DNA of 64,000 nt from Candidatus Latescibacterota bacterium. GTDB lineage: Bacteria > Latescibacterota > UBA2968 > UBA8231. The translations under genes and the position numbers were made by a program. This document shows positions 28,922 through 38,592 of the stretch, in pieces. Positions within the stretch are counted from its first letter, which is position 1, and the number at the start of each line of letters is the position of its first letter. Location: the NCBI GenBank assembly GCA_963422735.1, contig OY730476.1, forward strand, positions 3,840,001 to 3,904,000, written 5' to 3'. The notes under the pieces were generated by a model. That model saw nothing but the letters and a program-made list of their open reading frames with translations. It was not told the origin of the DNA and did not search any database.

Positions 28922-30862
28922 TTGCAACCCCCAGCGGCCGGAGCGTTCACGCCCAAGGCCCTAATCCTCGGCTGCCTGTTCACGTTTTTCGTGGCCGCGG
29001 GCGACTCGTATGGGGTTTTCTATCTCCGCGGCTCGTACATGACGCTCGGGACCAGCACGGTCGGCGCCCTGTTCTTGCTCTTCTTCCTCGCTGGCTTGGT
29101 CAACCCGCTGCTCAAGCTGATCCATCCGCGGGCTGGACTGAACCGCGGCGAGCTCCTGCTCATCTATATAATGATGGTAATGGCCTCGCCCCTGCCGGTG
29201 TTTTTTGCCGGCCGATTCATCGGCACGATACTCACCCCCTTTTACTTCGCCACGCCGGAAAACGACTGGCACACGCTCATCCAGCCTCATATAGCGGGCT
29301 GGTTGGAGCCGCGCGACCTAGCGGTCATGGGGCCTTTTTACGAGGGCTTGGAGCAGGGCCGCTCCATCCCATGGGTTGGCTGGCTGCCGATTTTCTTGCG
29401 CTGGGCGCCTTTTGTATGGGCCTTGTTCTTGGCGATGATTGCCGCGATGGCAATTCTGCGCAAGCAGTGGAACGACTACGAGCGGCTGACCTATCCGCTG
29501 GTCCAGGTGCCTATGGCCCTCACCGAACAGGACGCCGAGGGGGGACGCATTGCCCCATTCTTCAAAAACCCGGTGATGTGGACAGGCTTTGCCGTACCGG
29601 CCGTCTGGGGGACGCTGCACGGGCTACACAACTATTTCCCAGAGACCGTGCCCATCGCCACCAATGTAGATCCCATCCACTTCATCCTGCCCATCTTCGA
29701 CAATCTGTCCGAACTGCAATTCAAATTTCGCTTCAACATCTTGGGTTTTTTCTATTTTCTCAAGACCGAAATCGCCTTCAGCCTGTGGTTTTTTAACCTC
29801 TTTGCCAATGCTCTGCGCACCACATTTGCCGTACTTGGCGTCACTAGTTCGGAGATGCTGGGGGGCGGACACTCGATCATCGACCCGATCCTCGTCCACC
29901 AGTCGATGGGGGGAATGCTGGTCCTGTTTCTATTTGGCCTGTTCGCGGCCCGCAAGCACCTGCGGGCAGTTTTGCATAAGGCCCTTTGGGGAGACCCCAA
30001 GGTAGATGATTCCGGCGAAATTCTATCCTATCGGATGGCCGTGCTCGTCCTGCTGGGTAGCAGCGCGGTGATGGTCGCGTGGCTCTCGCTGGCGGGCCTG
30101 CCCATCTGGGTCGCCAGTGCCTTTCTCTTTACCGCTGCCGCGCTCTTTGTCGGGTTTACTCGCCTAATCGCCGAAGGGGGGCTTTCGGACGGTTCAGTCC
30201 CGGTCGGCCCGGCTGCCATCGTCGTATCTGCCATCGGCTCTTCGGCCATTGGTGTCCAGGGCTTGGTCGTGCTGGCGACGACCTATTTCTGGACGACCGG
30301 GCGCAGTTTTGCCATGACTTCATCCGCCAACAGCCTCAAATTGGGCGAGGGCTTCGGCGGCTCCAAACGCCCGCTGTTCTGGACGATGCTCTTGGCCATG
30401 GCCGTCGGGCTGGTTTCGTCGATGTGGGTGGTTATGGAACTGGGCTATTCCTATGGGGCGCTCAACCTGAAAATACCCGGAGGGAAGCACGGGTTTTACG
30501 ACTACGCCGCTGGCTTGATTCGCACGCCGAGCGAGCCGCATCTGTGGGGTTGGATCAATACGGGGATTGGGGCGGGCGTGATGCTGCTCTTGATGCTGGC
30601 GCGCTGGTACTATGTCTGGTGGCCCCTCCATCCCCTCGGCTATCCCATCGGCCCCACCGGGATCATGGATCACCTCTGGTTTGACATGTTTTTGGCCTGG
30701 CTGATCAAGGTGTCGGTGCTGCGCTACGGCGGCGTGGCCCTCTACCGCAAGACGCGCCCCTTTTTTATGGGCATGATCGCCGGGCACATCGTGCCGGGAG
30801 GGCTTTTTCTGTTCGTCGATCACTTTACCGGCATGGTCGGCAACGTGATTTTCTGGGGTTGA
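28922..30862 (+). CDS. DUF6785/DUF6784-like polytopic membrane protein (putative peptide transporter)
   Basis: Many TM segments, with ELLLIY, RKQWNDYERLTYPLVQVP, WWPLHPLGY and RYGG...YRKTRPFFMG. Confidence 0.75.
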   Translation: MQPPAAGAFTPKALILGCLFTFFVAAGDSYGVFYLRGSYMTLGTSTVGALFLLFFLAGLVNPLLKLIHPRAGLNRGELLLIYIMMVMASPLPVFFAGRFIGTILTPFYFATPENDWHTLIQPHIAGWLEPRDLAVMGPFYEGLEQGRSIPWVGWLPIFLRWAPFVWALFLAMIAAMAILRKQWNDYERLTYPLVQVPMALTEQDAEGGRIAPFFKNPVMWTGFAVPAVWGTLHGLHNYFPETVPIATNVDPIHFILPIFDNLSELQFKFRFNILGFFYFLKTEIAFSLWFFNLFANALRTTFAVLGVTSSEMLGGGHSIIDPILVHQSMGGMLVLFLFGLFAARKHLRAVLHKALWGDPKVDDSGEILSYRMAVLVLLGSSAVMVAWLSLAGLPIWVASAFLFTAAALFVGFTRLIAEGGLSDGSVPVGPAAIVVSAIGSSAIGVQGLVVLATTYFWTTGRSFAMTSSANSLKLGEGFGGSKRPLFWTMLLAMAVGLVSSMWVVMELGYSYGALNLKIPGGKHGFYDYAAGLIRTPSEPHLWGWINTGIGAGVMLLLMLARWYYVWWPLHPLGYPIGPTGIMDHLWFDMFLAWLIKVSVLRYGGVALYRKTRPFFMGMIAGHIVPGGLFLFVDHFTGMVGNVIFWG

Positions 30863-30914
30863 GGACCGGTGTGAGAACGGGCTATGTTTCGCTATCAATA
30901 GTGAGGGAATTGTT

Positions 30915-32846
30915 TTGTGCGCGTTCAAATCGCTATCTGCTTCTAAAGCACTGATTGGGGTTATGTGGTTGGCCGTGGCGGCGGCGGGCGAGGTGCGGCA
31001 GTGGGAGTTGGGGGGGGCAGGCCGCTCTTGGAGGGACGACGAGCTAAATTCCACGGCCATCAGCTTCGATGTAGCCGGGGCCATTCAATTGGTGGGTTTT
31101 AATTCCAGCGATAACATCGTCCGGCAGCTCAGATGGACCGAGGGATTCCCCTTGGACTTCGTCAGTGAGGTAGCCGAGGCACGGGTGTGGGACAACGTGC
31201 CCTTCAAGCAGACGAATGCCCCGCTCGTCGATGGCGACGTGCAGACCTCCAGCGAAAATCGCTTCAAGGAATTTGGGGCGCTGCAAGCGGGCCGGGCCTT
31301 TTTCTTTGACTTGGGCACGCGCCTCCCCATCAACCGCATCTCGTTTTTCCCGCGCCCGGAAGGGGCCGACAGCCGCGGGCGGCCCTTTGCCGACGACTTC
31401 ATCCGCGGTTATAAAATTCAGGTCAGCGACGGCGTGAGCTTCACGCCGGAAAACCTCCCGGTGTACAACCTGCTGACCCAAGTGGATTTCACCACGGAAA
31501 GCGCGGCGCAAATTCCCTTCCCATTGCAATTTGTCCGCTACATCCAGCTCAACGTGACCTCGACCAACCCTTTTGAGATAGCCGAGTTTGAGGTGTACGG
31601 AGCGGGCTTTCCTCCGGGGGGCCGCTATCTGTCCAAGATCATCGACTTGGGCGAAGTGGCCAACTTCAGCCGCTTGCTGTGGACGGCCGAGACCTTGCGC
31701 CAGGAAGAGGGCCGCATCGACGTCGAGCCAACGGCTGATGCGGACGTCTCCATTCGCATGCGCACGGGCCGCGACGATACTCCGCAGGTCTTCTACGAAA
31801 TCGTCAATGTTTTCACCGGCGACGTGCAAGAAGTCTCGGAGAGCGACTACGGCCGACTGGGCCTAAATGTGCGTGGCCCGGTCGAAGCAGACCAAGTCAA
31901 CTGGAGCGAGTGGTCGCCACCCTTTGCCGAGTCCGGCCAGCGGATTGAGCTGCCTAGCCCGCGTCGTTTCTTCCAGCTCGAAATCGCACTCACCAGCCAC
32001 TCCATTCTCGACGGCATCCGGGTCAACTCGCTGGCGGTCGAGCACTCCATCCCGCCGTTGGCCCAGCAGCTAATAGGGGAAATCTCCGCGCTGGAAACCC
32101 CCCGCCCCTTGGGCAATAAGCCCCGAGTGCCAGCCGGCGCGCTCTCGACCTTTGCCTACGACATCCGCGCCGACATAAGCGAGACGGATGTGGGCTTTGA
32201 CGCCATGGAAATTTTCACGCCCTCTAGGCCGCAGTTCAGGGAAATGTTCACAGGCGGTCCGCCCGTCGCCACTGCGCCCGACAGCGTCGTCGAGGGCGAG
32301 CGGAGCCTGAAGCTGTTTTTTCCCAGCCAAAGGCTGACACACCAATCGCCGAGTGCTTTGCGCGTCGTCTTCGACTCCGAAGTTTTCGTCCAATCCACGT
32401 TCTTTCGCGCCCGAGTCTTCGACACCCAAAGCGACGAGTCCCCACAGCAGGTCCTGCCCGGGGACGCCAACCCCACGGTCCTGACCAACGACTTGCGCGT
32501 GCTGACCACGGCTGTTTCGGCGCGCAACCTACTCCCATTCTTTGCGGTGCAACCGACCATGGTGACGCCCAATGGCGACGGAGTCAACGAGCGCGTGCGC
32601 ATTTCCTGTACCTTGGTCCAACTCCAGCAGCCCGTCCAGTTGGCCGTGCGGATTTTTTCGGTTGGAGGCCAGCGCGTGCGCACCTTGTTTACGGGCACAC
32701 GCGGCAGCGGCTCTTTTGCTTGGGAATGGGATGGGCGCGACGACAGCGGTAACCCGGTTCCCGTGGGGCTCTATCTCGCCAAGGTGACCGCCGACGCCGA
32801 GCGCGAGCGCTTTACGCGCCTCGGTGCGGTGGGCGTTGCCTACTAA
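30915..32846 (+). CDS. Secreted protein with C-terminal FlgD Ig-like domain (paralogue 2)
   Basis: DLGTRLPINRISFFP, RTGRDDTP, NWSEWS, TPNGDGVN, WDGRDDSGNPVPVGLYL and C-terminal VGVAY. Confidence 0.8.
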   Translation: MCAFKSLSASKALIGVMWLAVAAAGEVRQWELGGAGRSWRDDELNSTAISFDVAGAIQLVGFNSSDNIVRQLRWTEGFPLDFVSEVAEARVWDNVPFKQTNAPLVDGDVQTSSENRFKEFGALQAGRAFFFDLGTRLPINRISFFPRPEGADSRGRPFADDFIRGYKIQVSDGVSFTPENLPVYNLLTQVDFTTESAAQIPFPLQFVRYIQLNVTSTNPFEIAEFEVYGAGFPPGGRYLSKIIDLGEVANFSRLLWTAETLRQEEGRIDVEPTADADVSIRMRTGRDDTPQVFYEIVNVFTGDVQEVSESDYGRLGLNVRGPVEADQVNWSEWSPPFAESGQRIELPSPRRFFQLEIALTSHSILDGIRVNSLAVEHSIPPLAQQLIGEISALETPRPLGNKPRVPAGALSTFAYDIRADISETDVGFDAMEIFTPSRPQFREMFTGGPPVATAPDSVVEGERSLKLFFPSQRLTHQSPSALRVVFDSEVFVQSTFFRARVFDTQSDESPQQVLPGDANPTVLTNDLRVLTTAVSARNLLPFFAVQPTMVTPNGDGVNERVRISCTLVQLQQPVQLAVRIFSVGGQRVRTLFTGTRGSGSFAWEWDGRDDSGNPVPVGLYLAKVTADAERERFTRLGAVGVAY

Positions 32847-32859
32847 AAAAGGAGAGGCC

Positions 32860-35244
32860 ATGCAGCGCATTCGCTCGCACCAAACGTTCCTCCTATTTGC
32901 GGGTTTGAGTTTGGCGGCGCTCGTGCTGGCGGCGTACGCCCAGACTCGGCGCACCGATTTAGAGGTGTACCGAGTGGATCGCCGAGCCCAGTGGAAGCAG
33001 TGGACCTTCCCAGCCGGTACGCTCGCATTTTCCCCAAACGGCTCGGTGACCCCTGTCAAATTCAAGGGCGTACACAATGCCGCGGCCAACGCCAGCGAAT
33101 TCACCCACAAACTAGTGAGCGGCCAAGAGATGCGCGGCGGTGCGTGGAAGGCCGGCACCAACCTCGCAACGGCCGGCCGGGTCATAGACGGCCGCGCCCA
33201 TACCTTCTGGCGACCCGACCCGGACGCTCCTTTAGAGGACTGGTGGATCGAGATCAACTTAGGCCGGGCTGTACTCGTGTCGGAGATTCGCCTCACTTTC
33301 CCCGATCAAGAGGGCGCACGGCCCTTCCGCGAATTCCGCGTCTTCGGCTCCGAGGGCCGCCGCGTGACGCGCCAAGACATATTCTCTTTTCACCTGATAG
33401 GCGGCACTACCAAGCCCATTGACGAGACCGAGGTGATTTACGACGTGAAGCCGCTGGTGCGGGAGGTGAAGCGGGTGCGGGAGGGCCGCGAGGGGGGTGC
33501 TGTGGACCCTACCTACGACTTGCTGCAATTCATAAGAATTTTGGTGGACTCCAAGACGCCGGATGCAGCGCTTGCCGAAGTGGAAGTGTACACGCTCGGG
33601 GAAAATACCGCCTTGCAGACCCTAAAGCGCGGCGGCGCAATTCAAGAGCGAGTGGGGCGGGGATTTGCTTTCAACATGGCCGACGGCAACGCCAATACCG
33701 ATTGGGGGGCACGGCGGGAGCGCGGCCAAGATCCCATTGCTTGGGACTGGGATTTAGGTGCGCTGTTTTGGGTGGATCGGATCGTGATGCGCACGTCGGA
33801 CTTTCTCCTCCGCACCCTGACGTACGGCTCCAACCTGCCCCAGATCCGCACCCACAGCTTGAGCGTTTCCAACGGTCGCCGCACCCTGACGGGCGAAGTC
33901 GATTTCGACCAACTCTTCATCGGCGACGCAGATGCCTTGCTCGCGTCCTCGACTGAGTTTCCCGGCCAATTGACGTATCTTTTTGAGCCGCGCCCCGTCC
34001 GCTTTATTGCCGCCGAATGGGTCGGCGGCGGCGGTGCGCAGTCTAGCTTCGAGTTCCAAAGCGGCTTTTTAATTGAAACGCTCGTGTTTGCAGTAGGCCA
34101 TGTGGCCCAAGTGGAGATGAGTTCGGACTTTATCGACTTGGGGAAAATCGCCGGCGACAATCGAGCTAAGGTAATCAAATCCCTGCACTGGGAAGCCGAT
34201 CTGCCACCGGGTGCTCGCGTTCAGGCGCGCACCCGCTCGGGCAATGCGCTGCAAGAAAATTTTCGCTACTTCCGCAAGGATGGCACCGAAGTAACGGCCG
34301 AGCAGTACGACCAGATGCCAAAGGCGCTGCGGGGCGAGATTCAGAGCACCATCGGTATTGGCGAGGACTGGAGCGAGTGGAGCAACTTTTACCAACGCTC
34401 CGGCGAGCAGTTCCTCTCCCCCAGCCCGCGCCGCTTCGTCCAAGTCCAGCTCATCCTCAGTTCAGACCGCCCGACCACCGCGCCGACCGTGCGCGCCTTG
34501 GAGATCGAATTTACCGACGCCTTCCTCGCCGGGGTCACTGGCGAGGTGCTGCCGCGCACAGCCGAAGCGGGCGTACCCCAGCTTTTCTCATTCCGCATCG
34601 CGCCGCAGCTAGAGTCGCGTAACCCCGGGTTTGATCGCATCCTCCTGCAAACCCCCTCGCCCGCCGACCCCGCCGTGCTCCTCCTCACCATAGACGGTGC
34701 TGAAGCCGAGCCGGCCGCGGTGCGCGTCGCGGGCGATTCGCTGCTCGTAGAGCTGCCACGCACCGTGCGGCGAGAGGAAGTCGCGTTGTCGTTCAGCGCG
34801 GTTGTAGAGCGCAACGCCACGCTCTTCCGGGCCTTTGTTGGCCACGAGCGGCAGCTAGCGGTCTGGCAGCCGGTTGATCCGGTGCGCCGCGCCGCCACGA
34901 CCGTCTATTTGCCCAGCGTCCCAGGGACTGACCAGCTGATCGCCAACCTCGCGGTCCAGTCGTTCATCAGCCCCAATGGGGACGGGATCGGCGACGCCGC
35001 GGAAATCCACTTTCACGTCCTGAAGACAGACGCGCCGGTCCAAGTGCAAATCTACACCTTCGACGGCCGGCTCGTCCGCGCCCTTGAGGGCCAGCGCCAG
35101 CCAGACCAGTCCTATCTCTACACTTGGACCGGCCAAGACCAGGACGAGCGCGTAGTCCCCCCCGGTTCGTATCTGTGCCGAGTGGAGGTGGAAGCCCAAG
35201 CCGGGGCCGCTAGCCGGCATCGCATCATCAGCGTGGCTTACTAG
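32860..35244 (+). CDS. Secreted discoidin/F5-8-like and FlgD Ig-like domain protein (paralogue 3)
   Basis: AAGGAG RBS and ATG at 32860, WWIEINLGR, RTRSGN, WSEWS, SPSPRRFVQ, SPNGDGIGD, VVPPGSYL and C-terminal ISVAY. Confidence 0.8.
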   Translation: MQRIRSHQTFLLFAGLSLAALVLAAYAQTRRTDLEVYRVDRRAQWKQWTFPAGTLAFSPNGSVTPVKFKGVHNAAANASEFTHKLVSGQEMRGGAWKAGTNLATAGRVIDGRAHTFWRPDPDAPLEDWWIEINLGRAVLVSEIRLTFPDQEGARPFREFRVFGSEGRRVTRQDIFSFHLIGGTTKPIDETEVIYDVKPLVREVKRVREGREGGAVDPTYDLLQFIRILVDSKTPDAALAEVEVYTLGENTALQTLKRGGAIQERVGRGFAFNMADGNANTDWGARRERGQDPIAWDWDLGALFWVDRIVMRTSDFLLRTLTYGSNLPQIRTHSLSVSNGRRTLTGEVDFDQLFIGDADALLASSTEFPGQLTYLFEPRPVRFIAAEWVGGGGAQSSFEFQSGFLIETLVFAVGHVAQVEMSSDFIDLGKIAGDNRAKVIKSLHWEADLPPGARVQARTRSGNALQENFRYFRKDGTEVTAEQYDQMPKALRGEIQSTIGIGEDWSEWSNFYQRSGEQFLSPSPRRFVQVQLILSSDRPTTAPTVRALEIEFTDAFLAGVTGEVLPRTAEAGVPQLFSFRIAPQLESRNPGFDRILLQTPSPADPAVLLLTIDGAEAEPAAVRVAGDSLLVELPRTVRREEVALSFSAVVERNATLFRAFVGHERQLAVWQPVDPVRRAATTVYLPSVPGTDQLIANLAVQSFISPNGDGIGDAAEIHFHVLKTDAPVQVQIYTFDGRLVRALEGQRQPDQSYLYTWTGQDQDERVVPPGSYLCRVEVEAQAGAASRHRIISVAY

Positions 35245-35474
35245 CCCGCGACGTGTCGTAAGCGGCTATTTACTAAGAAGCGGTCTGCACGAGGACAGGC
35301 TTTAGGCGTGACAAACCCCTGTCGGCCACCCCGTTTGCACCGCCTAAAGTCGGCGTATATGCGCTCGCGCTCGGGGGGCACCCGAAATGTTCAGACAGCT
35401 TCTAAGAGCAGAAATCCAAGATGGCTGCTGGAGGTACATCTTTATCCTAGTCGGCCAACCAACTCGAGGAAGAT

Positions 35475-36407
35475 ATGACGATGGCTAACGACATGTACGC
35501 GCATTGCTGTGCTCCGTTCAGGGCATTCCTCATAAGCCTCGCCCTAACCAGCCTCGCATCCGCCCACGTGGGCGTCACGGTCCCTTTCGTCGAAATGCCC
35601 GATCCCGCGGCGATGACCATAGATGGCGACGATGGCGACTGGGCCTTTTTTGACCCCCGTCTCGCGCTGGAGCGGGAAGGATTCTTCGACCGCGAATCAG
35701 ACCCCGTCGATGCAGCCGACTTCGACTTCACCATGTACACCGCTTGGAGTCCGCCCCCCGACAATAGCTGGTACGGCTTCGCCCGGATCCGCGACGATAC
35801 CCTCAAGATCGAAAACGAAGATCCGCTCAAGTGGTGGCGGGACGATACGCTGTCGATTACTGTGGATTCCGACCACTCCGGCGGCAGTATCTACGGGCAC
35901 ACCCGCGAGGAACTGGTCAACGGCCAACGCTACTACGCCCGGGTGCGGCCGTTGAAGCACCCGCGCCTGCCCCACGGCCAAGCCGGCTTTCTCGACCAGC
36001 ACCACGACCCTTTCTTGGAGGAGTTCCTGTGGGCGATGCACAAACCTCACTTCGACATCGCTTGGACGATGCGCCCGCCCGACGCAGCTAACGGTGCTTT
36101 GCACGTCGAATATACCTTTGAGTGGAAAGCGTCCTTGTGGGATGTGCTGGGGCCGAGCCCGGAGGAGAGCAAACGGCACGTTTTCGCGCCGGGGAAGACA
36201 CTGCACATAGGATTCCGGCTGCTCGACGCCGACCGCCCAGGGTCGGGGCGCAAGCACTCGATGTACATTCTAGGCGGCCATCAGCATCAGGACCGCAACG
36301 CCGACCGGATGCCCGATTTTCGCACCATTACCTTAGATGAGGCGCAAAACTGGCGTATGCCTATGGAGCAGGACGCGGAGCCACCGTCCTCCGCAGGCAG
36401 CGAGTGA
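35475..36407 (+). CDS. Secreted CBM9/DOMON-like protein, close paralogue of 25094-26005
   Basis: Shares AHVGVTV, PDPAAxTIDG, WSxPPDNxWYGFAR, WWxDD, LDADRPGxGRKHSMYI and MPDF with 25094-26005. It lacks the TWGxIK tail. Confidence 0.75.
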   Translation: MTMANDMYAHCCAPFRAFLISLALTSLASAHVGVTVPFVEMPDPAAMTIDGDDGDWAFFDPRLALEREGFFDRESDPVDAADFDFTMYTAWSPPPDNSWYGFARIRDDTLKIENEDPLKWWRDDTLSITVDSDHSGGSIYGHTREELVNGQRYYARVRPLKHPRLPHGQAGFLDQHHDPFLEEFLWAMHKPHFDIAWTMRPPDAANGALHVEYTFEWKASLWDVLGPSPEESKRHVFAPGKTLHIGFRLLDADRPGSGRKHSMYILGGHQHQDRNADRMPDFRTITLDEAQNWRMPMEQDAEPPSSAGSE

Positions 36408-36437
36408 GATGCGCGGCATACTTAAAAAAGGAGCGAC

Positions 36438-37274
36438 TTGGCGATGATCATCGATACTCACACCCATTTCTACGATCCGTTCAGACCCGAGGGCGTGCCT
36501 TGGCCGGAAAAAGACGACGAACTTCTCTACCGGCGCGCGCTGCCCCAAGACTACAAGGCCCTAGCCATGCCCGAGGGGGTAACGGGCACGGTCATGGTCG
36601 AGTGCAGCCCTTGGGTCGAGGACAACCAGTGGGTTATCGACTTGGCCGCCGCCGATCCCTTCATCGTGGGATTGGTCGGGCACCTCGAGCCCGACGACCC
36701 AAATTTTGCCGTTCACTTGGAGCGCTTTGCCGCCGCCCCGGTCTTCCTCGGCATCCGCGCTCGCTTAGATACAATGGAAAGTCACGGCTTTGCCGCCGCT
36801 GAAATGCTGATAGCCAATGATCTGGAACTGGACACGGGTTTACACGAGGGCGTGCCCGCGCTGGCCGAGCGATTCCCCGATCTGCGCATCGTCGTCAACC
36901 ACATCGGCGGTATCCCCATCGACGGCGGCCCACCCGATCCGGCGCGGCTGGAATTGCTGCGCCAGGCCGCTGCCCATCCGCAGGTTTATTGCAAGGTGTC
37001 GGGGCTGATGGATTTGCGCAGCCAAGTCAAGCCAGCACCGACGGACTTGGGCTTTTACGCCCCGGTGCTCGACGCGCTATGGGATTTGTTCGGGGAGGAC
37101 CGGCTGATTTACGGCAGCGACTGGCCGGTATCCGACCGCAGTGGCCGCGAGTACGCACAGATACAGCACTTGGTGATGACTTATTTTACTGCGCGAGGCG
37201 AAGAAGCGACGGAAAAATACTTCTGGCGCAACGCCAAAGCCGCCTATAAGTGGATCGACCGCGCCGGCGCATAG
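36438..37274 (+). CDS. Amidohydrolase_2 family protein (L-fuconolactonase-like)
   Basis: IIDTHTHFY, VVNHIGG, CKVSGL and FGEDRLIYGSDWPV. Confidence 0.85.
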   Translation: MAMIIDTHTHFYDPFRPEGVPWPEKDDELLYRRALPQDYKALAMPEGVTGTVMVECSPWVEDNQWVIDLAAADPFIVGLVGHLEPDDPNFAVHLERFAAAPVFLGIRARLDTMESHGFAAAEMLIANDLELDTGLHEGVPALAERFPDLRIVVNHIGGIPIDGGPPDPARLELLRQAAAHPQVYCKVSGLMDLRSQVKPAPTDLGFYAPVLDALWDLFGEDRLIYGSDWPVSDRSGREYAQIQHLVMTYFTARGEEATEKYFWRNAKAAYKWIDRAGA

Positions 37275-37389
37275 CAATTGGGGAGACTCAACACAGCTCA
37301 GAAATTTTCGTCAGCAGTATCCGCTCTGTGGTGTCAGCACGATGCTCGTTATAGGCGATATAGAATCGGCTGTCGTTCGCGCCGAACGT

Positions 37390-37925
37390 GTAGCCTATTT
37401 GATCCACGTTGAACATAGGCTCGATCCAAGGATACCGCTGTGCATTTTGTTGCAGCGATCCGTGTCTGCACCAAAACTCATGGCTGAATTGAGGAAGAGC
37501 TTAGCGTTGTCGTCCAAGCTCAAGACGAGATCGCTGCCCACTGCCTGTTGCCCTAGCGGACCATTTTTCCCGATTACTAAGACACCAATAGATGAATTGA
37601 CCCCTAGATCCGCTTGAGGCGCAGGACACCGTCCCGGTTCGATGGGCGGTTCCGCACTGCGATCAGGCCGACACTGTTCTTGCCGATCTTCCCCGTTATT
37701 TTAGTGCCGACATCGGGATCGCTCATGCGACGACGGTAGAAGAGGTCCATCGCTGTGAATAGCTTTCGGACTTCGAGAGAGAAGGGCCTTTTCTCCTCTA
37801 GGAAGAGCTCAAACCTCGTCAGATTTATCTGGTTCTCGTCGGCTTCTATATGGGCGAAATCCGGATTGAAGGTGGCGTCTAAGGTGAGGTTGGAGGCAAC
37901 GCTGTATTTCAGTTCGAGCCCGAAA
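37390..37925 (-). pseudogene. Remnant of a DUF5916-type outer-membrane protein gene
   Basis: The minus strand reads LKYSVASNLTLDATFNPDFAHIEADENQINLTRFELFLEEKRPF...KITGKIG, then frameshifts and stops. It is absent from the ORF track. Confidence 0.7.
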
Positions 37926-38361
37926 TTACTGGACCATCCCCTAGTACACGACAGTAATGTAAGTTGTGGTGTAGCCCTGCTCTAGGTTTATTCGTCTACA
38001 GATTGGGTTAAACCCCCCGTCTTTGAGGCGGGATCGCTTTCAGCGAGTGGTTGGGTTGTGTTTCCAAGATGGCTTATGGTGAAGGCCGTCCTGCGAAATA
38101 TAAGATTGAATCCCACTTTGTGTGGGGCTATGGGCTGTTGCAAGGGGCCTTGGCTCTGCGAGTGCGGGGGGCCGCTCGGATCATGTACCTCTTTTGGTCT
38201 TGGCCTTTTGCGGTGCGCGGCTATTTTTGTGTGACCGCCGGTGAACCGACTGTATCTGGAGCATCATTTTGAGCCGTCGGCGGACGACGGGTTTGAAGTG
38301 GAACCTCAGCCAATCCGCCGACTTCGGGCGGCGGTCGTTGATTTCTTTACGAGAGGTTGCG

Positions 38362-38590
38362 ATGACAAATAAACTCCAAGATGCCTTTGAAAAGGCTTCA
38401 CGCCTGAGCGGAGAAGAGCAGGACGATATTGCCGCGGCCTTCTTGGTAGTGGTAGATAACACTCTGGGACCAGAAGACCAGAGCAACCGCCGACTTCTGG
38501 GCGGAATTCTACCGTCTTCCCCAGTCCGTTCAAGCCCAAGCCGTAGTTGCCTATCGAAAGTGGCGAAGAAACCCTCAACAAAGAGGGCTT
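38362..38590 (+). pseudogene. Decayed small antitoxin plus ParE-like toxin pair
   Basis: MTNKLQDAFEKASRLSGEEQDDIAA (antitoxin-like), then in another frame TRATADFWAEFYRLPQSVQAQAVVAYRKWRRNP (ParE-like toxin N-terminus), truncated. Confidence 0.55.
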
Positions 38591-38592
38591 TT

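Noticed and set aside
38269-38592. N-terminal extension of the 868-aa SBP-permease ORF
   Set aside because: It consists of TA remnant sequence. The signal-peptide-like segment begins near 38593-38614.
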